A stretch of DNA of 64,000 bases. It comes from Podarcis vaucheri. Its lineage: Eukaryota. The stretch lies in NCBI GenBank assembly GCA_965113315.1, contig OZ220364.1; one strand, 5' to 3'. Positions 51,903-64,000 of this stretch are shown piece by piece. Both the position numbers and the translations under genes were made by a program. A model generated the notes under the pieces. That model ran no database searches. It was given only the letters and a program-made list of their open reading frames with translations, and was not told the origin of the DNA. Positions within the stretch are counted from its first letter, which is position 1. Every line of letters starts with the position of its first letter.

Positions 51903-53419
51903 CTGAAGTAAAAATGAGGAAGGAGGGTGAGGAAAGGGGCAGGGAAGGAAGGGAAGGTGGGTTTACAGGTTTTACAAATTTCAACATCAAAATTGAGAGA
52001 GTGGATCAAAGGGGGAACGATATCGGTATAAAAAGGATGGAAACAAAAAGGGAAAAGTGAGAGAAAAGGGAAGGCACCCATTGGGGTCAATTTCGTATCA
52101 AGGAGAAGCAGTGGAACAGGTCACACTACACTTGAGTCGTCTGATGCCTTCATATCTGCTCTGTACAAAGGATAGTTCAAGCTGTTGAACATCCTTCATG
52201 GGGGGAAAAAATCAACCTTACCTTCAAATTAAGAGTTCCAAAGAATTCTTCTTTCATTTATTGCTTGTTTGTATATAGCACAGTATTAACAGCAATGCAT
52301 TTTTATATCTGTTTCATAAGATCAAGTGTGTTTCTCAAGCAGAAGCCCCCACCTCCACTCCCCAATGCCACATAGTAAGCCACCTTTAAGGTTTTGATAT
52401 AGAAAGGGGTATGTGACTGCTGTTCAAGGGGGAGAAAATATGTTGGACATAATCAGTCTGACTTTGTTGTACAAACAGGCAAGGTTTTCATGCAAGTTTC
52501 AATTTGTTCGCTAAGGATTTAATTTTCTCTTGCCTGCCATATTTGGTGACAGTACGGTTAATTTCCAGGGTAATGATGTCAGTAAGTTAGAACCAATTGA
52601 AAGGATGACTGGTCAAAATTTTGGACCTAAGCAGAATAGTAAAACTTACATATGTCAGCTGCTCAATCTAAACTATTATCAAACTCACTTGCAGAAAGGA
52701 AAGCACAAGGATAAGCCAGAAAATGCTAAAATGTGGGTTGTTTTTTTTAAAGGACAATTTTGTGATAGAAGTGTGTTTTAAGTATAAGGCATGGCCAACC
52801 CATTCCAAAGGCGCTACCAAGAGATGATTGTAAAATAGCTCATAATTTCCCTCCTCCTTTCTCAGGCTCTGTTCCCACACATAGTTTAGGCACGGTATGA
52901 CTACTATTATGAATCTTATTTATTTACACACAGCTACCATTCCCTTGCTCATAGGTTGTTTTGTGGTAGGGTACAAGTTCGAAGAATAACTGACACAAAA
53001 GAGGGATATGAGATGAGCCAGCCACTAAGGATTGCCTGAGACAAGCGCAGAAACTGTAGGTAACATGAAAAGATTACCAATGGAATAATATGCTTCATAG
53101 ATAATATTATCATGAAGTCCCTCAGGAGAGAAGCTTTATCTCCGACAGAAAGCTCTCTCACCAGAAGCCAATGTGTCCCGTCCCCCCCAATATATCCCCC
53201 AGGGTACAGACCTGACAGCTCAGTCAGTAATTTTTGCATTACCAGCTCTGTCAAACAGAGTCGCACTCCTCTTATTGCACAACTTACAACTGCTGCAAAT
53301 TCAGACACAAAATTCAGACTGAGCATAAATAAATAAATAAATAAGCCACTTGCACGCTGCAGGGAATGTGTTATGTGTGCATCTTGAATGAGGCACCAGG
53401 GAGGCTTATGTTTTAAAGT

Positions 53420-53441
53420 TTGTGTGTGTGTGTGTGTGTGT
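53420..53441. repeat. (TG)n microsatellite
   Basis: About 10 units. Confidence 0.9.
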
Positions 53442-54070
53442 TTTAGAGCAGCCCCATTCCTTTGTATGTTTGCTTGCTGCTTAGCAACGAAAGGGTCCTG
53501 CACAGTCAGGCACTAAAATTAACAAAGTGTTTCCAGAGTTGAAGAAAGGCACTTGAGGATCACAAAGATAAAACCAACCGCAACATCGAGAGAAGTTTTC
53601 AGAGAGAAATCTCAAATTAGTGGGTGGGTCAGGGCACTTAAAGGAGCAAAAAGTATTTGAGGTTGTTTTTTTTTTTAAAGATTCACGTGACAAGACAGCA
53701 ATAAACCTTGCTACTTTATTTGAAAGAGGGTTACTTGTATGCAAAGCACGTTGTAAGGAAGGAAAAGCCCGAATGAAACTCGAAGGCTGTTTGATTTGTT
53801 TTTAAATAGAACAAAAATTAAGAAAGAAGGACACATCCTAAATCTGTGTAAACTGTGTAGGAATTCATAGTTTTGCAGACTCACTTCAGAGGACATTCCG
53901 ACCACAAAGAAATAGCAAACCTGTTGGTGTTCTATACATGTCCTTTCATGAGTGTAGCCAGTATTTTTATGGGGGGGGGACGACCTCAGATTTGTTTTGA
54001 TTTTGACTGATTTAGGGGGGCAGTTGCCCCTGGGCTACACTCATGTGTCCTTTAGACTTAAGGGTACCAT

Positions 54071-54205
54071 CAGGGCTTTTTTTCCAGCTGTAATTCCCGG
54101 AACTCAGTTTTGGCGCCTCTCAGGTGGGTGCCGTTGCCATTAGAAGAGAACAAAGGAGGTGTTTGTGGTGAGTTCTGGCATCCCTTTTTCTAGAAAATAG
54201 CACTG
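54071..54205. mobile_element. hAT-type MITE
   Basis: Termini CAGGGCTTTTTT / AAAATAGCACTG; 8-bp TSD GGTACCAT / GGCACCAT (1 mismatch). Confidence 0.8.
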
Positions 54206-54249
54206 GGCACCATATTAATTTCAGGCCATTCATACCAAACCAATTCATA

Positions 54250-54305
54250 CCAAACCAAACCAAACCAAACCAAACCAAACCAAACCAAACCAAACCAAAC
54301 CAAAC
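54250..54305. repeat. (CCAAA)n pentanucleotide repeat
   Basis: About 11 units. Confidence 0.95.
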
Positions 54306-55591
54306 AAAAAACTATCAGTAAGAGACATTCTAGGCAGGTAGACTTGACCAGTCTAGGCAGGTAGACTAGGACCAACACACTCAAGAGTAAAGAATCCTGG
54401 AACCATTTGGGCAAGAGCCAGGAGGTGGTTGTGCATTTACTGCCTGAAGTGTGATATATTTCCCACTCCTTGAGAAAGAAAGGATTGGTGCAATGACCCC
54501 TTCCTAGGTTATCAAAGATGAAAACAATACTATTACATGGAGACATGGGCATGATACCAAGCAGAAACGACATAAATGAAATAAAAGCACTTGGGAAAGA
54601 TATGATTAAAAACAAATAAACAGCTACTCTAGCTGCATTGCCCTAAGAGGCCCCCATAAATCTTCTCCTTAAACTGCACTTGAAAGAAAGAAATAAAAAG
54701 CATAGCAGCGTTTCTAAATGGGTTTTTATAGTGTGAATGAATATGATGGCAAAAAAGGTGACAGACCTCAATGGTTGTTATTCTCCTGTCACACCTATAT
54801 TATCAACAACACTTTAATTTAGAACCCATGCTACCACTAGACACTGCTGAACAAAGCCCAAAATCAAAGGCATGCTTGGGAAATCATGCAGAATAATGTT
54901 GCCTTTCGACCTTCACTATGACAGTTTACTGCTCTGAGACTAGATTTTTGTTCACCATCCCCAGCTGCAGGGAGAACTGCTTGGGGGCTAGTTTTAAGAG
55001 GACTCAGCTACCTGCCAGTAAAACATGGAGGCCAAACTCTGTTCAAAGATTTGCTTTCCAGCTGTCTGCAGATGGTGGCAGAGAGTATGTTTAGTTAGCA
55101 AAAGATCCAGCTTCTAGCAAATTGGTCCATAGAGATGGGGTGGGGGGTGGGGAATTGGAACTGAAAATATATATGCCAAAGTGTTGCACTTAAGGAGGAA
55201 GAAAGACATTCACTAAGAAACAACAGCAAGAAAGGCAGCAATGTCACTCCTCTTCCAACTTTGTCCATGCTTTTATGAGGTTGCTTTTAATTTGGCTCCT
55301 AAATGCAACAAAGCCTGTTTCAAAGGCACTGGCATTGCACTCATTCCATCCAGTAGTTATTGCATAAATTCTGCATCTATAATAATGCTGGCTATTTTCA
55401 GTTTAGCCTTTGATAGAAGCTAAAGAGTTTGGTTTATACTGTACTGAAGTATTTGTTAAGGAAGGCAATGTTAGTGCTACATGTTCCCTTTTGTTCTGTT
55501 TGCCAGATCTACTCATAAGATAATGGGGGTTCTAAATCCTCCGTACTACCTAATAGCAAGCATGAGATAAATAAGTTATTCAAGGCGTTAC

Positions 55592-55747
55592 CTCTGTTTG
55601 AAAACCTTCCACCAAGATGGCAACCAACAAGTTAAAGAGAACGTAGTTTCCGAATGTCATGAGGGCAATGAAGTAGAGGGCAGCCCAGGAAGAGGTAGAA
55701 GCCATGCCGTTGTACAGGACTTTATTCCAGTCTTCCTGAGTCAGTAT
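55592..55747 (-). CDS. CACNA1G: Cav3.1 exon ~13 (domain II pore and IIS6) [52 protein letters not shown]
   Basis: 156 nt, atccag|ATA...GAG|gtaacg; filter glutamate in TQEDW. Confidence 0.96.
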
Positions 55748-56054
55748 CTGGATTGGGGGGGGGGAGGGCACGTTAAGGGAGATAGAAGCACAGATCATTT
55801 GCACTCTCTTAAAGTTAGTTTGTCCTGCTCAGTTGAAGTGAAAAAGCATATTTTGTTCTTTGAATAAATAATTGTTTCAATTCTTTGCCTTTTTAAAGCT
55901 TGTCATTCACATCAGCATTTCAGACAACAAAAACAAATCCTGCAAAGACACTGGATTCTAAAAACTGCATCCAGAAAACCAAAACTTAAGTAGGTTCTGT
56001 ATTTTATGAGCAGGCATTCCCCACTCCTACTCCCAAAATGCTTATAGATCTCTC

Positions 56055-56196
56055 CAGGGCTTTTTTTCCAGCTGGAACTCAGTGGGTGCCATTGCCATTT
56101 TAGCCTCTCAGGTGGGCACCATTGACATTATAAGAGAATGAGGGAGGCGTTCATGGTGAGTTCCGGCACCTCTTTTTCAAGAAAAAAATAGCACGT
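56055..56196. mobile_element. Second copy of the same hAT-type MITE
   Basis: Shares cagggctttttttccagctg..ctctcaggtggg..ggtgagttc.ggca..atagcac with 54071-54205; TSD-like GATCTCTC / GCTCTCTC. Confidence 0.75.
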
Positions 56197-56388
56197 GCTC
56201 TCTCTTAGCATTCAGTATGACATTTTGGAGAATCTCAAGCTGTTATGTCTTCAAGGGATAGGTGCTTGCTTATTCTTTCTGTAAATCAATTTGAATTATT
56301 TTTTAAAATCTCTTTGAGATTTGATTACCATCAACCAATATATAAACTCTGTGAAATAAATAAATGTTAGCCGTAATGGTTGCATTAC

Positions 56389-56503
56389 CTGGAAAACAGT
56401 AACGATGGCCCAGAGCAAGGAATCAAAGTTCTTCCTGTCGGGAAGAGTGTCTCCATCTCTCTCCGAAGCAAATTTACAGCCAAAGAGATGCATCCCAAGA
56501 ATA
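56389..56503 (-). CDS. CACNA1G: Cav3.1 exon ~12 [38 protein letters not shown]
   Basis: 115 nt, cattcag|T...CAG|gtaatg. Confidence 0.96.
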
Positions 56504-57087
56504 CTGAATGAAAGGGGGAAATGAGTAAATAAAAGAACAAGAACAAGATGGTATTGAAAGAGAGACTCCTCCATCTTAGCAAATAATGTTTGGAGTGAAG
56601 TTCCTTACTCCTGCACCCCGCCACTCATGGGACAAAGAAAAAAAAAGAAAAGAAATGGGAATTCAGCTTTTAGTAAGCTACTTTCTCTGAGCTCTGACAC
56701 CATGCCCTGTGGTGCCTAGCAGTTGAAGGCTCATATATGATAAGGCTTCATTTGTTGGAATGAAAAAGTTTGAAGACTCTCACATTATGAAGACTGTTGG
56801 ACTCTTGAGGGTTCACAAACTAAAAACCAAAGTGTTGCTCAGCCTGGGGAGTTTCAGGGTTAAAGTCATCAGAAGTAGAAGCATACTACACCACTCAGGT
56901 GGGGGGGAAGAAATAACTACCATTTTCAAAATATGCAGAGTTGTAGCACTGTACATTAAATCACTTTCCATCTTAGCAACTTGTACTGTTTTGCCATGGC
57001 ACATAAATTAATATTGGCCAATTCAACCTCAAAGCACAGACACAACAGGCTTCAAAAGGGAATGAAGGGGCTCATTTAAGTACCCAC

Positions 57088-57273
57088 CTGAAGATAAATA
57101 TGAAAAGCATCAGCAACATGCAGAATGTGGCGACATTGTCCATTGTTTTCATGAGCACCACCAGCTGGCGCTGGAGAGCAGGCATGAAACGGACCAGTTT
57201 CAGGACTCTCATAAGGCGAAAGGTCCGTAGAACAGACAGGCCTCCACCCTGCTGTCCCACTATCTCCCAGACA
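57088..57273 (-). CDS. CACNA1G: Cav3.1 exon ~11 (IIS4-S5) [61 protein letters not shown](S)
   Basis: 186 nt, ttcttag|T...TTCAG|gtgggt; S4 R/K-x-x repeat. Confidence 0.96.
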
Positions 57274-58582
57274 CTAAGAAAATAAAAGAATAATGTTAAA
57301 TGGGTTCTTGTGAGGGAGAAGTACATCCATGCATAGAGTGCATATAGCAAAAGTGGGGAAGGCCTATAGTACAAACTAGCTAGTAGAGCTCAGTGGTGTG
57401 AAACAGGGATGCTCACAGGATGCTGCATACTACATGAGACAAGAACTTCAGGTAATACAGACCTACAAGTATCTGCTGCAGAAATATGGAGGCCCAGGGG
57501 CAAATGGAGAAACATACATTTTCCTGGGTGTTTTTTTTTAATGACTCAGTATTATCACCCACTGAAAATGTTGTTATAAACTGGGAAGGGGGAGGGGACC
57601 TCATATTTTCCTATTGCAAAGTTATCCGTGAAATTTAATTACATCACAAGAATTGTGCTGTTCTGAGCTTTCTCTCTGGAAAAATCAATTTCTTCTCTTT
57701 CTGTAGTATATTCTTCTGTATGTATACTGCTTCCAGATGCAAACAATCTCATTTTGTTTACTATAACGTTGATACACGTTTTGAGACTGGGTACATATGC
57801 AATTATGATTTGGGGGAAAAAGATTTCATAAATACACCAAATGCTCCTGTTTGGTGTGTTAACAGCTAATAAAGTTATATACCCAACACTTTTCATTTTC
57901 TTAAACTGTTAATGTTTAAGGTGGACAAAGTTACTGAGTACTGCATATATTTCAGCTTTCCCCCCAAGACCTTAGGATTTCTGAAAATTTTAAATTTCTA
58001 GCCAGAACTTGCATTTGAATTAAAAAGAATTATGCCAGCATACACTCCTAACATATTTTGCATGTGCCTGAAAACTGAACAAGCAGCCAGATAGGTATAA
58101 GCCCACTTTGAGGATACTTTACTTAATGGATAAGTGGTAAATGTTGAACGATCTCTTCAACTGGAAAGTTCTGCAGATAGAAATATCTTTTTTTTGGTCA
58201 TGCACTTTTTAAAGATAATATGTGCTAAAGGAAACAGGTACATTCTTGGCTGCCATTCCCAGTGTGTGGCTGCCACAAGGAAGGAAAATAGCATTTAAGT
58301 AGCTGCTGTTCAGTGGTTCCCCTATGCAGGAAATTCCCCTGAAGAAGTTATCAAAATGGTGCTGCTGCACATAATCACAAGAGACGGGAGACAGCACTGG
58401 TTTTTAGGAAGTTTTCACAGCAGTTCTGGAGCACATATTCTAACAGAGAGAGCAAAAGAACCGAGACCCCCATAAACATTTCAGACATTCCTTACTATTT
58501 TCCTGCAGCTTTATTTTAAACATCCCAGTTGGGAGAAATCACTTTACCTGCTCACATAAAATGACAACTCCAGGCCAGTTAC

Positions 58583-58734
58583 CTGATCACTACGATGATC
58601 CCATCAAATATATTGTATGGATTTTTGATGTAGCCAAAAGGGCCGTACACGAGCAGTTTCAGAAGCATTTCTAGGGCAAAGAGACTAGTGAAGACAATAT
58701 TGCTGATTTCCAGTGCATTGGTGAGTTCTTCAGG
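58583..58734 (-). CDS. CACNA1G: Cav3.1 exon ~10 (IIS2-S3) [50 protein letters not shown](S)
   Basis: 152 nt, ctccag|CCT...ATCAG|gtaact, phase 0 to 2. Confidence 0.96.
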
Positions 58735-59679
58735 CTGGAGAAATGAATAAAAAGGAGAAACAAAAAAATATATGTCAAGATGAACAAAATTTGTGCTCTG
58801 ATAGGCCAGGAGGTTCCAAGAGATGCGAGTAAATGTCAACTCAGTAATTACTGTATTCGTACAAGTCAGCAAGACAATGCTGGTGAGTCTCTGGCCTATA
58901 AGTTATTTGTTGGCTCCTACAGTGCTTTTTTGTAACTCCCGAAACTGACCCTAGCACACTATGAACAGCAGCTATGAGGGGGAATTTGGTATTTGATATC
59001 ACCCCCGGCTCCCTATCTTCTGGTGACAAGACGAGCAACAAATTAGCAAGAGATTTTAAATTAGTCTTTATGGCATTATATGTTTCACAGGTAATTAGTA
59101 CACATTAAATACTGCAAGATAGTTATTAAAAGACGTTGAGATGTGCATCATAATCTCACAAATAAAGTAGCACAGGGAGCTCAAGGGCACATTATCCTCG
59201 ATCCTTATATACACTCACTAATTAAGGAACTTTGGAAAATTAACTGCAACATGAAATCAGTATTTTAAATAATGAGGAGTGATCTTCAGAACCCTTCTTG
59301 TTTTTGAGCATGCAGTTTGAGACTTGGTCTCAAATTCTTAAGCATATACGGTATATACACCGCTTCGGTTAAATTGGTTCCATGGAAATATGCACTACTA
59401 AAGTATCAAAACCGAGATACCTATACCGTAATTTTGAAAACCCAGCAGACAAAAACAGAACAATCAGCAACATTTCAAAATGCCTAAAAGGTTTAAAAAC
59501 AATAACACACACATAGGAGACAAAAGGGTTCTACTTGGTATCTAAAAGAAAATAAAGTTGGCAACAGGCAAGCCACTCTGAGGAGCAAATTTCATAGGTG
59601 AGGCACTATGGCTGAAAAGGCCACCTCTCTGGTTATCGCCTGCTTAAACTCTTAACAAGGAGGAAACAAACAGTAGAGG

Positions 59680-59860
59680 AATATAAGAACAGAAGAAGAG
59701 TCCAATTGGATCAGACCAAAGGCCTATCTGGTCCAGTATCCTGCTTCCCACCATGGTCAAACAGGAGCCCACCGTAAGGTCACGAGGGCCATGGCACTGC
59801 CTCACATTTGCTCCCCAGTCTAATCCTCCATGCATTCACTTAATCCTCTTTTAAAGCCCT
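59680..59860 (-). mobile_element. CR1-type 3' end remnant (similar copy at ~31240-31480)
   Basis: ataagaac..aagaagag..ggatcagaccaaaggcctatctggtccagtatcctg. Confidence 0.6.
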
Positions 59861-61045
59861 ACCCTTAAAAAAAAAAAAAAAGCCACCTAAGGGCTGATGC
59901 AGACCATGCATTTAAAGCACATGACCACCTTCAAAGAATTCTGGGAACTGTAGTTAAGAGTGATGGGGAAATGTAGCCCTGTGAGGAGGAAACTACATGC
60001 ATAATTGTATATGCTTCTATTTTGTTCCTGATCCCCTTAACTTGCCAATTTTTCTAAATTAAAAAACCCCAAAATAAATGTTGGAACCTTTCCTTGTAAC
60101 AGTTGCTCCAGCTCTCTAAGCATCTATGCTGCCGTTTTCAGCACTTTTCCTGGTTCTACAATATCCTTTTGAAATACAGCAACCAAAACAGTAAGTACAC
60201 AAAGTATAGTCATGCCATAGATTTTTTAAATAAATACTTCATGATATTGGCTGTTTTATTTTTAATCCCTTTTTCTAATAATCCCTAACATGGATGTTGC
60301 TGCCTCCCCCCCCCCCTTTTTCCCCCAGCTGCCACACATAGGTCAACTTTTTCATAATGTTATTCACCACGTCCCAAGATCTCTTTCCCGGTCAGTCAAA
60401 CCAGCTCAGACCCAATCAGTTTATATTTTATGCCCAAATGTTCATCACTTTTCATTTAACTTAATGCGCCGGGCAGCACTGGACATGCTATGCCCCTGAC
60501 AGAAACAACTGCCTTGGGCACTTGCTATGTCCCCCTACCCAGCCACTCACTATGCACATCCTCAGCTTTGTTCCCTAGTCTTTGGGAAAACTATAGTCAT
60601 GAGCATGTTCTGATCCTCTCACCAATGTTACATGTGCACCTTTTACAATTAAGATGGCTCAAGAAAACACCACTGCCAAAAATCAATCTTTTTTTTGTTT
60701 TTTTTGTTTCATGATTTTCCTGCAAGAAATGCAAGCTATAATTTAGAAACAGACCCTTAACCAACTCTCTGTGCAATTCCCTGGGGTTTTTTTGGTTTAT
60801 GTTTTTATTAAAGGACTTTTCATGAGTTGCAAAAGTACATTCGGCGCCTCTGTTTTCAAATCGTACTCTTTTCTTCACTGAGAGTGGGGAGGAAGAAGCA
60901 AGGTGGGCCTAATTAATACGTTGGTTTACTTTTTCGCACGTGTCTTTAAAACATGTAAGATATTAAACACATTTTTCATCTAAAGCAAATAAACCTTGAC
61001 ACACACATATCCACTTAATGTATACTACATACACACACACATACA

Positions 61046-61050
<5 letters not shown>

Positions 61051-61094
<44 letters not shown>
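61051..61094. repeat. (TC)n microsatellite
   Basis: About 22 units. Confidence 0.95.
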
Positions 61095-61096
<2 letters not shown>

Positions 61097-62155
61097 GTGG
61101 TAGGAGAGCTGCCCTATAAAGCAGTTTCAAATTGCCTTATTAAAACATGTGCTTTGAATGGAAAAATATCTTATTTACAATCTCAATGGCACTGAGGGAG
61201 TTGGCATATAGTTATTTTCATCCTGGAGGCCATATTATTTGAGAAGCAAATACTGAAGGCTCTCACAGTAGAAATACTAATCTTCTCTTTAATCTAGTAT
61301 CCCACACTAATTTTTCATGCAGTTTTCTTCTTGAAATGTCACCCAGTGCAGCACTTGCAGCTCTGTATTTCCTACCAGAAAATGATATATTAGAACTGTC
61401 TGAGCTTAATTCACAGTCTGTGAAAGAAAAAGACCCCTTCATTACTGTCAGTTGAAACAAACTAAGAATTTATGGTTAAATTGATTCTAATAATGATATG
61501 GCTTCCATATCCATATCCGACTGTAATTCTATTTTGCTCCAGTTGAAAAAAACAAAGTACTCAAACTGCCCCAGTAGTAAGTAGTTACTTACTACTTACT
61601 GTAGTAAGTAACTACAGTACCTTTAATAGCAGGGCATGTTTTGCAGAAATGTATTTTGTAGAAGGATAGAGTTATCTAACCAGAGCAGAAATGCTGTTAA
61701 CAGAATATTTTTTTAAAAGACAGCCTTTTCTAACTAGTCATATTATGAAGACTTTCAGGAGTTCCCCTCTTTTTCCTTAGCAAAATGGCTTGTAAAATGT
61801 TTCTTTTTCTTTACTATTCAGTCTTCACTGCAATACATGTTCAGTACAATATATGCAGAGTAAAGCTCACAACAGTAAACTGCTCCATTAAGAGGCCACA
61901 AAGAGGGCGTATAACTAACAAGAAAATTAAAAACAAGTTTTTTCAAGCAGAAACAATGCAGCTTCAAAGACAGGATCAAAGCAAAGCACAGTTTTGGTAT
62001 GGCAAACCAAAAGGGCCAATATACTACAGATAGTATGCAGCTATGCCTGAAAATCAATTCTGCATCAGAATCACAGCTGGACTTCTACGATCATAGCAGG
62101 GAGGCAGCTGGTGCTCGCTAGACCTGATGAGGCTGCTAGGGTCACATCAGATGGT

Positions 62156-62293
62156 CATACCCGCCAACATTTCCCCGATGAAAATAGGGACGTCCTAAGG
62201 AAAAGCTGGACATTCTGGGATAAAATCAGAAACCGGGATGGCTTCTGTAAATCTGGGACGGTCTCTGGGAAATAGGAACACTTGGAGGGTCTG
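62156..62293. mobile_element. Small MITE
   Basis: Imperfect TIRs CATACCCGCCAA / TTGGAGGGTCTG with internal GGGAC repeats; no clear TSD. Confidence 0.65.
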
Positions 62294-62914
62294 TGAGGTA
62301 ACAAGTACATGGCAAAGTTATGCCCCCCCTCCTTCTCCCTTGCAAACATAAAGTAGATACTTAAGCAAGGCAATTTCACAAAGAGCGCATAACTAAATGA
62401 ACATGTGTTTTACTTTGGTTCAGAAGGTGTCCCTGCTGTCACAGTTCCTTCTCTGGGATGGGAGAAATGTTGTGTGGCCTCCACCTCACTCTGAAGAAGA
62501 ACCTTACATTGCGACTTAGGTTCTTTGCAGAGTTTGGCTCTGTGGACAGGCCCCAAAGAACACATGAAATTGTATACTGGTTTGCTGCTGTACTGTCAAA
62601 TTTTGATTCAAGTCAAACATTGGTAAACTGTTAAACTATAAAATTTTAAATTTGCCCATTCACAAATTTTGCCAGGGGTGGCAAAGTGACAGCAGCAGAG
62701 GTGCTCTTCAGAGCCACCTTGTCCACCTACCTCACTCTGAGGAAGGATCCTGCAAAGTGCTCTGTTGATGCAGCAAAGGCACTCCTAAAGTGGCAGGGCA
62801 TGTTGAATTTTCCAACTTTCCAACTCCAAAAATGAGGGATGCTAAAAAGTTTTAAGATAACTTGAGAATCCAATATATGTTTGGGTTAATTGAATACAAT
62901 TTAATGTTGCTTGG

Positions 62915-63327
62915 TGTCAGGGAACTGCCATCGGAGCTAGAGGCGGAGGGAAGGCTCCAGAGGGATGGCGGAGAGGGTCCCAGTAGGGAGAGAGGCAGCC
63001 CGTCCGCTGGGGAAGGAAATCAGCGTAACACCAGTAGAGAAGGGGGGCAGATGGGGGAATCGGAGAAGAGGCTCCAAGACTCCTCGCCGGAGACCAGCGG
63101 ACAGAGTACGGGTACTCCGCTGCCCACACCCTCCCTGCGCAGAAGACTTCCGCGCAGGGAGAGTAGGAGGAGACTTGGCGTCAAAGAACTTTTGTGCTGG
63201 AAGAAGTTCAAGAAACGCCCACTGACGGATTCTGCCAGCGACTGAGACAGTCACGATGCTGGAGGCTGTTCAGTCAGAAAGGGTTTAACCAGGTAACCTA
63301 GCCAGCAGTGGCGGCAACTTACGCACA
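62915..63327 (+). mobile_element. GC/CpG-rich LTR-like fragment (probably Gypsy-type, possibly truncated)
   Basis: Starts abruptly with TGTCAGGG in AT-rich surroundings; many CpGs; no TSD identified. Confidence 0.55.
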
Positions 63328-64000
63328 ACCAACTACTAAATCCATTACACTTGGTAAATAAGTACTTAAAAATATTGATGTTTTAACATTTTTGTGGAAT
63401 TTCTAATAATTTTAAACTTGTCTGATTATTTTTTTGTGGGGGGAAATGTGTGCAAAATTACATCAAAATCATCAAAAATGATAGGACATCAGATTGGCTT
63501 GCCAGATTTGGAAGTGGCAGGAAGATAAGAAAAGAAGGCTTGCTGAATATAAGCAGAGAGGTAAGCAGGATGCTTGATTATAATCAAATGAAATAAATCT
63601 TCTGTGATGATGAAAATGAAGAGCAAATAGCTGATGCCCAAAATGGAAATGATGGAAGTTAACGAATTGACTTTAGGAAAACAAAGTACGCCTTCTACTT
63701 CTAATAAAAAAGCAGAATACAGCACATTAAAAATACATAGTGTTGCTATGTAGAACCTCAAATACGGTATGTTCACCTGCATACCACAGCTGCCACCACC
63801 ACTGCTGCCTTTATAGACCCCTATCTGAAGAAATTTGCCAAAATTAAGCTTCACTCCCTAAAATAATATGCCCTACATGACAGGCCAGGGTGTGGGTGTG
63901 GGTGTAGTTGAATTGCCCCTCCTGATGTGCCACCTCAGAGAAATGGCTCACTTTGGCTCATATAAGGGCTATATTTGGAGAGGAAACAAAAACCACTAAA

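Larger units (their letters stand above)
1..64000 (-). other. CACNA1G: Internal portion of the CACNA1G (Cav3.1) gene; both gene ends lie outside the window
   Basis: 17 in-phase GT-AG exons whose translation matches Cav3.1. The exon-14 peptide (..[11 protein letters not shown]..), the SKEKQMA 25C extension and exon 26 (LMLDDVI) distinguish it from CACNA1H/I. Exons 9 and 27 were not found in the window. Confidence 0.96.

Noticed and set aside
52949-53503. 184-aa minus-strand ORF in intron 13
   Set aside because: It crosses (TG)n and (AAAT)n repeats, lacks channel similarity and is not needed for the exon chain.
54190-54615. ORF with a VWFGL repeat resembling a membrane peptide
   Set aside because: It is a translation of the (CCAAA)n microsatellite.
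54071-56196. Two MITE copies flanking exon 13 as possible circRNA drivers
   Set aside because: They are in the same orientation, so only the short TIRs could pair.

Overview
This is eukaryotic (squamate reptile, probably lacertid lizard) genomic DNA lying entirely inside a minus-strand T-type calcium channel gene, CACNA1G (Cav3.1). I read 17 consecutive coding exons, equivalent to human exons 10-26 (numbering from my recollection of the human gene). All have GT-AG boundaries and matching phases, and together they give 2,488 nt (829 codons + 1 nt) covering IIS2 to the III-IV linker. They include the pore motifs TQEDW (domain II) and SKDGW (domain III) and the three known alternative units: exon 14, the 25C 5' extension and exon 26. 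Exons 14, 15, 18, 20, 24 and 26 are absent from the ORF track. The introns hold squamate repeats (Sauria SINE, Squam3-like SINEs, L2, CR1, TA-flanked and hAT MITEs, Penelope-like ends, an LTR-like piece), microsatellites and a 201-N gap. Most notable: (1) a young Penelope-like insertion forming a perfect 95-bp hairpin with an intact minimal hammerhead ribozyme on the pre-mRNA strand; (2) a candidate poison exon and a 12-nt microexon downstream of exon 26; (3) a recursive-splice-type AG|GTGAG start on the in-frame exon 17; (4) a 221-nt AG-exclusion zone and a NOVA-type cluster around exon 14, and an RBFOX cluster after 25C; (5) a triple perfect AGGTCA DR1 array; (6) a MITE whose flanks are inverted copies of each other. 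The splicing and regulatory calls are motif-based inferences and need RNA data.
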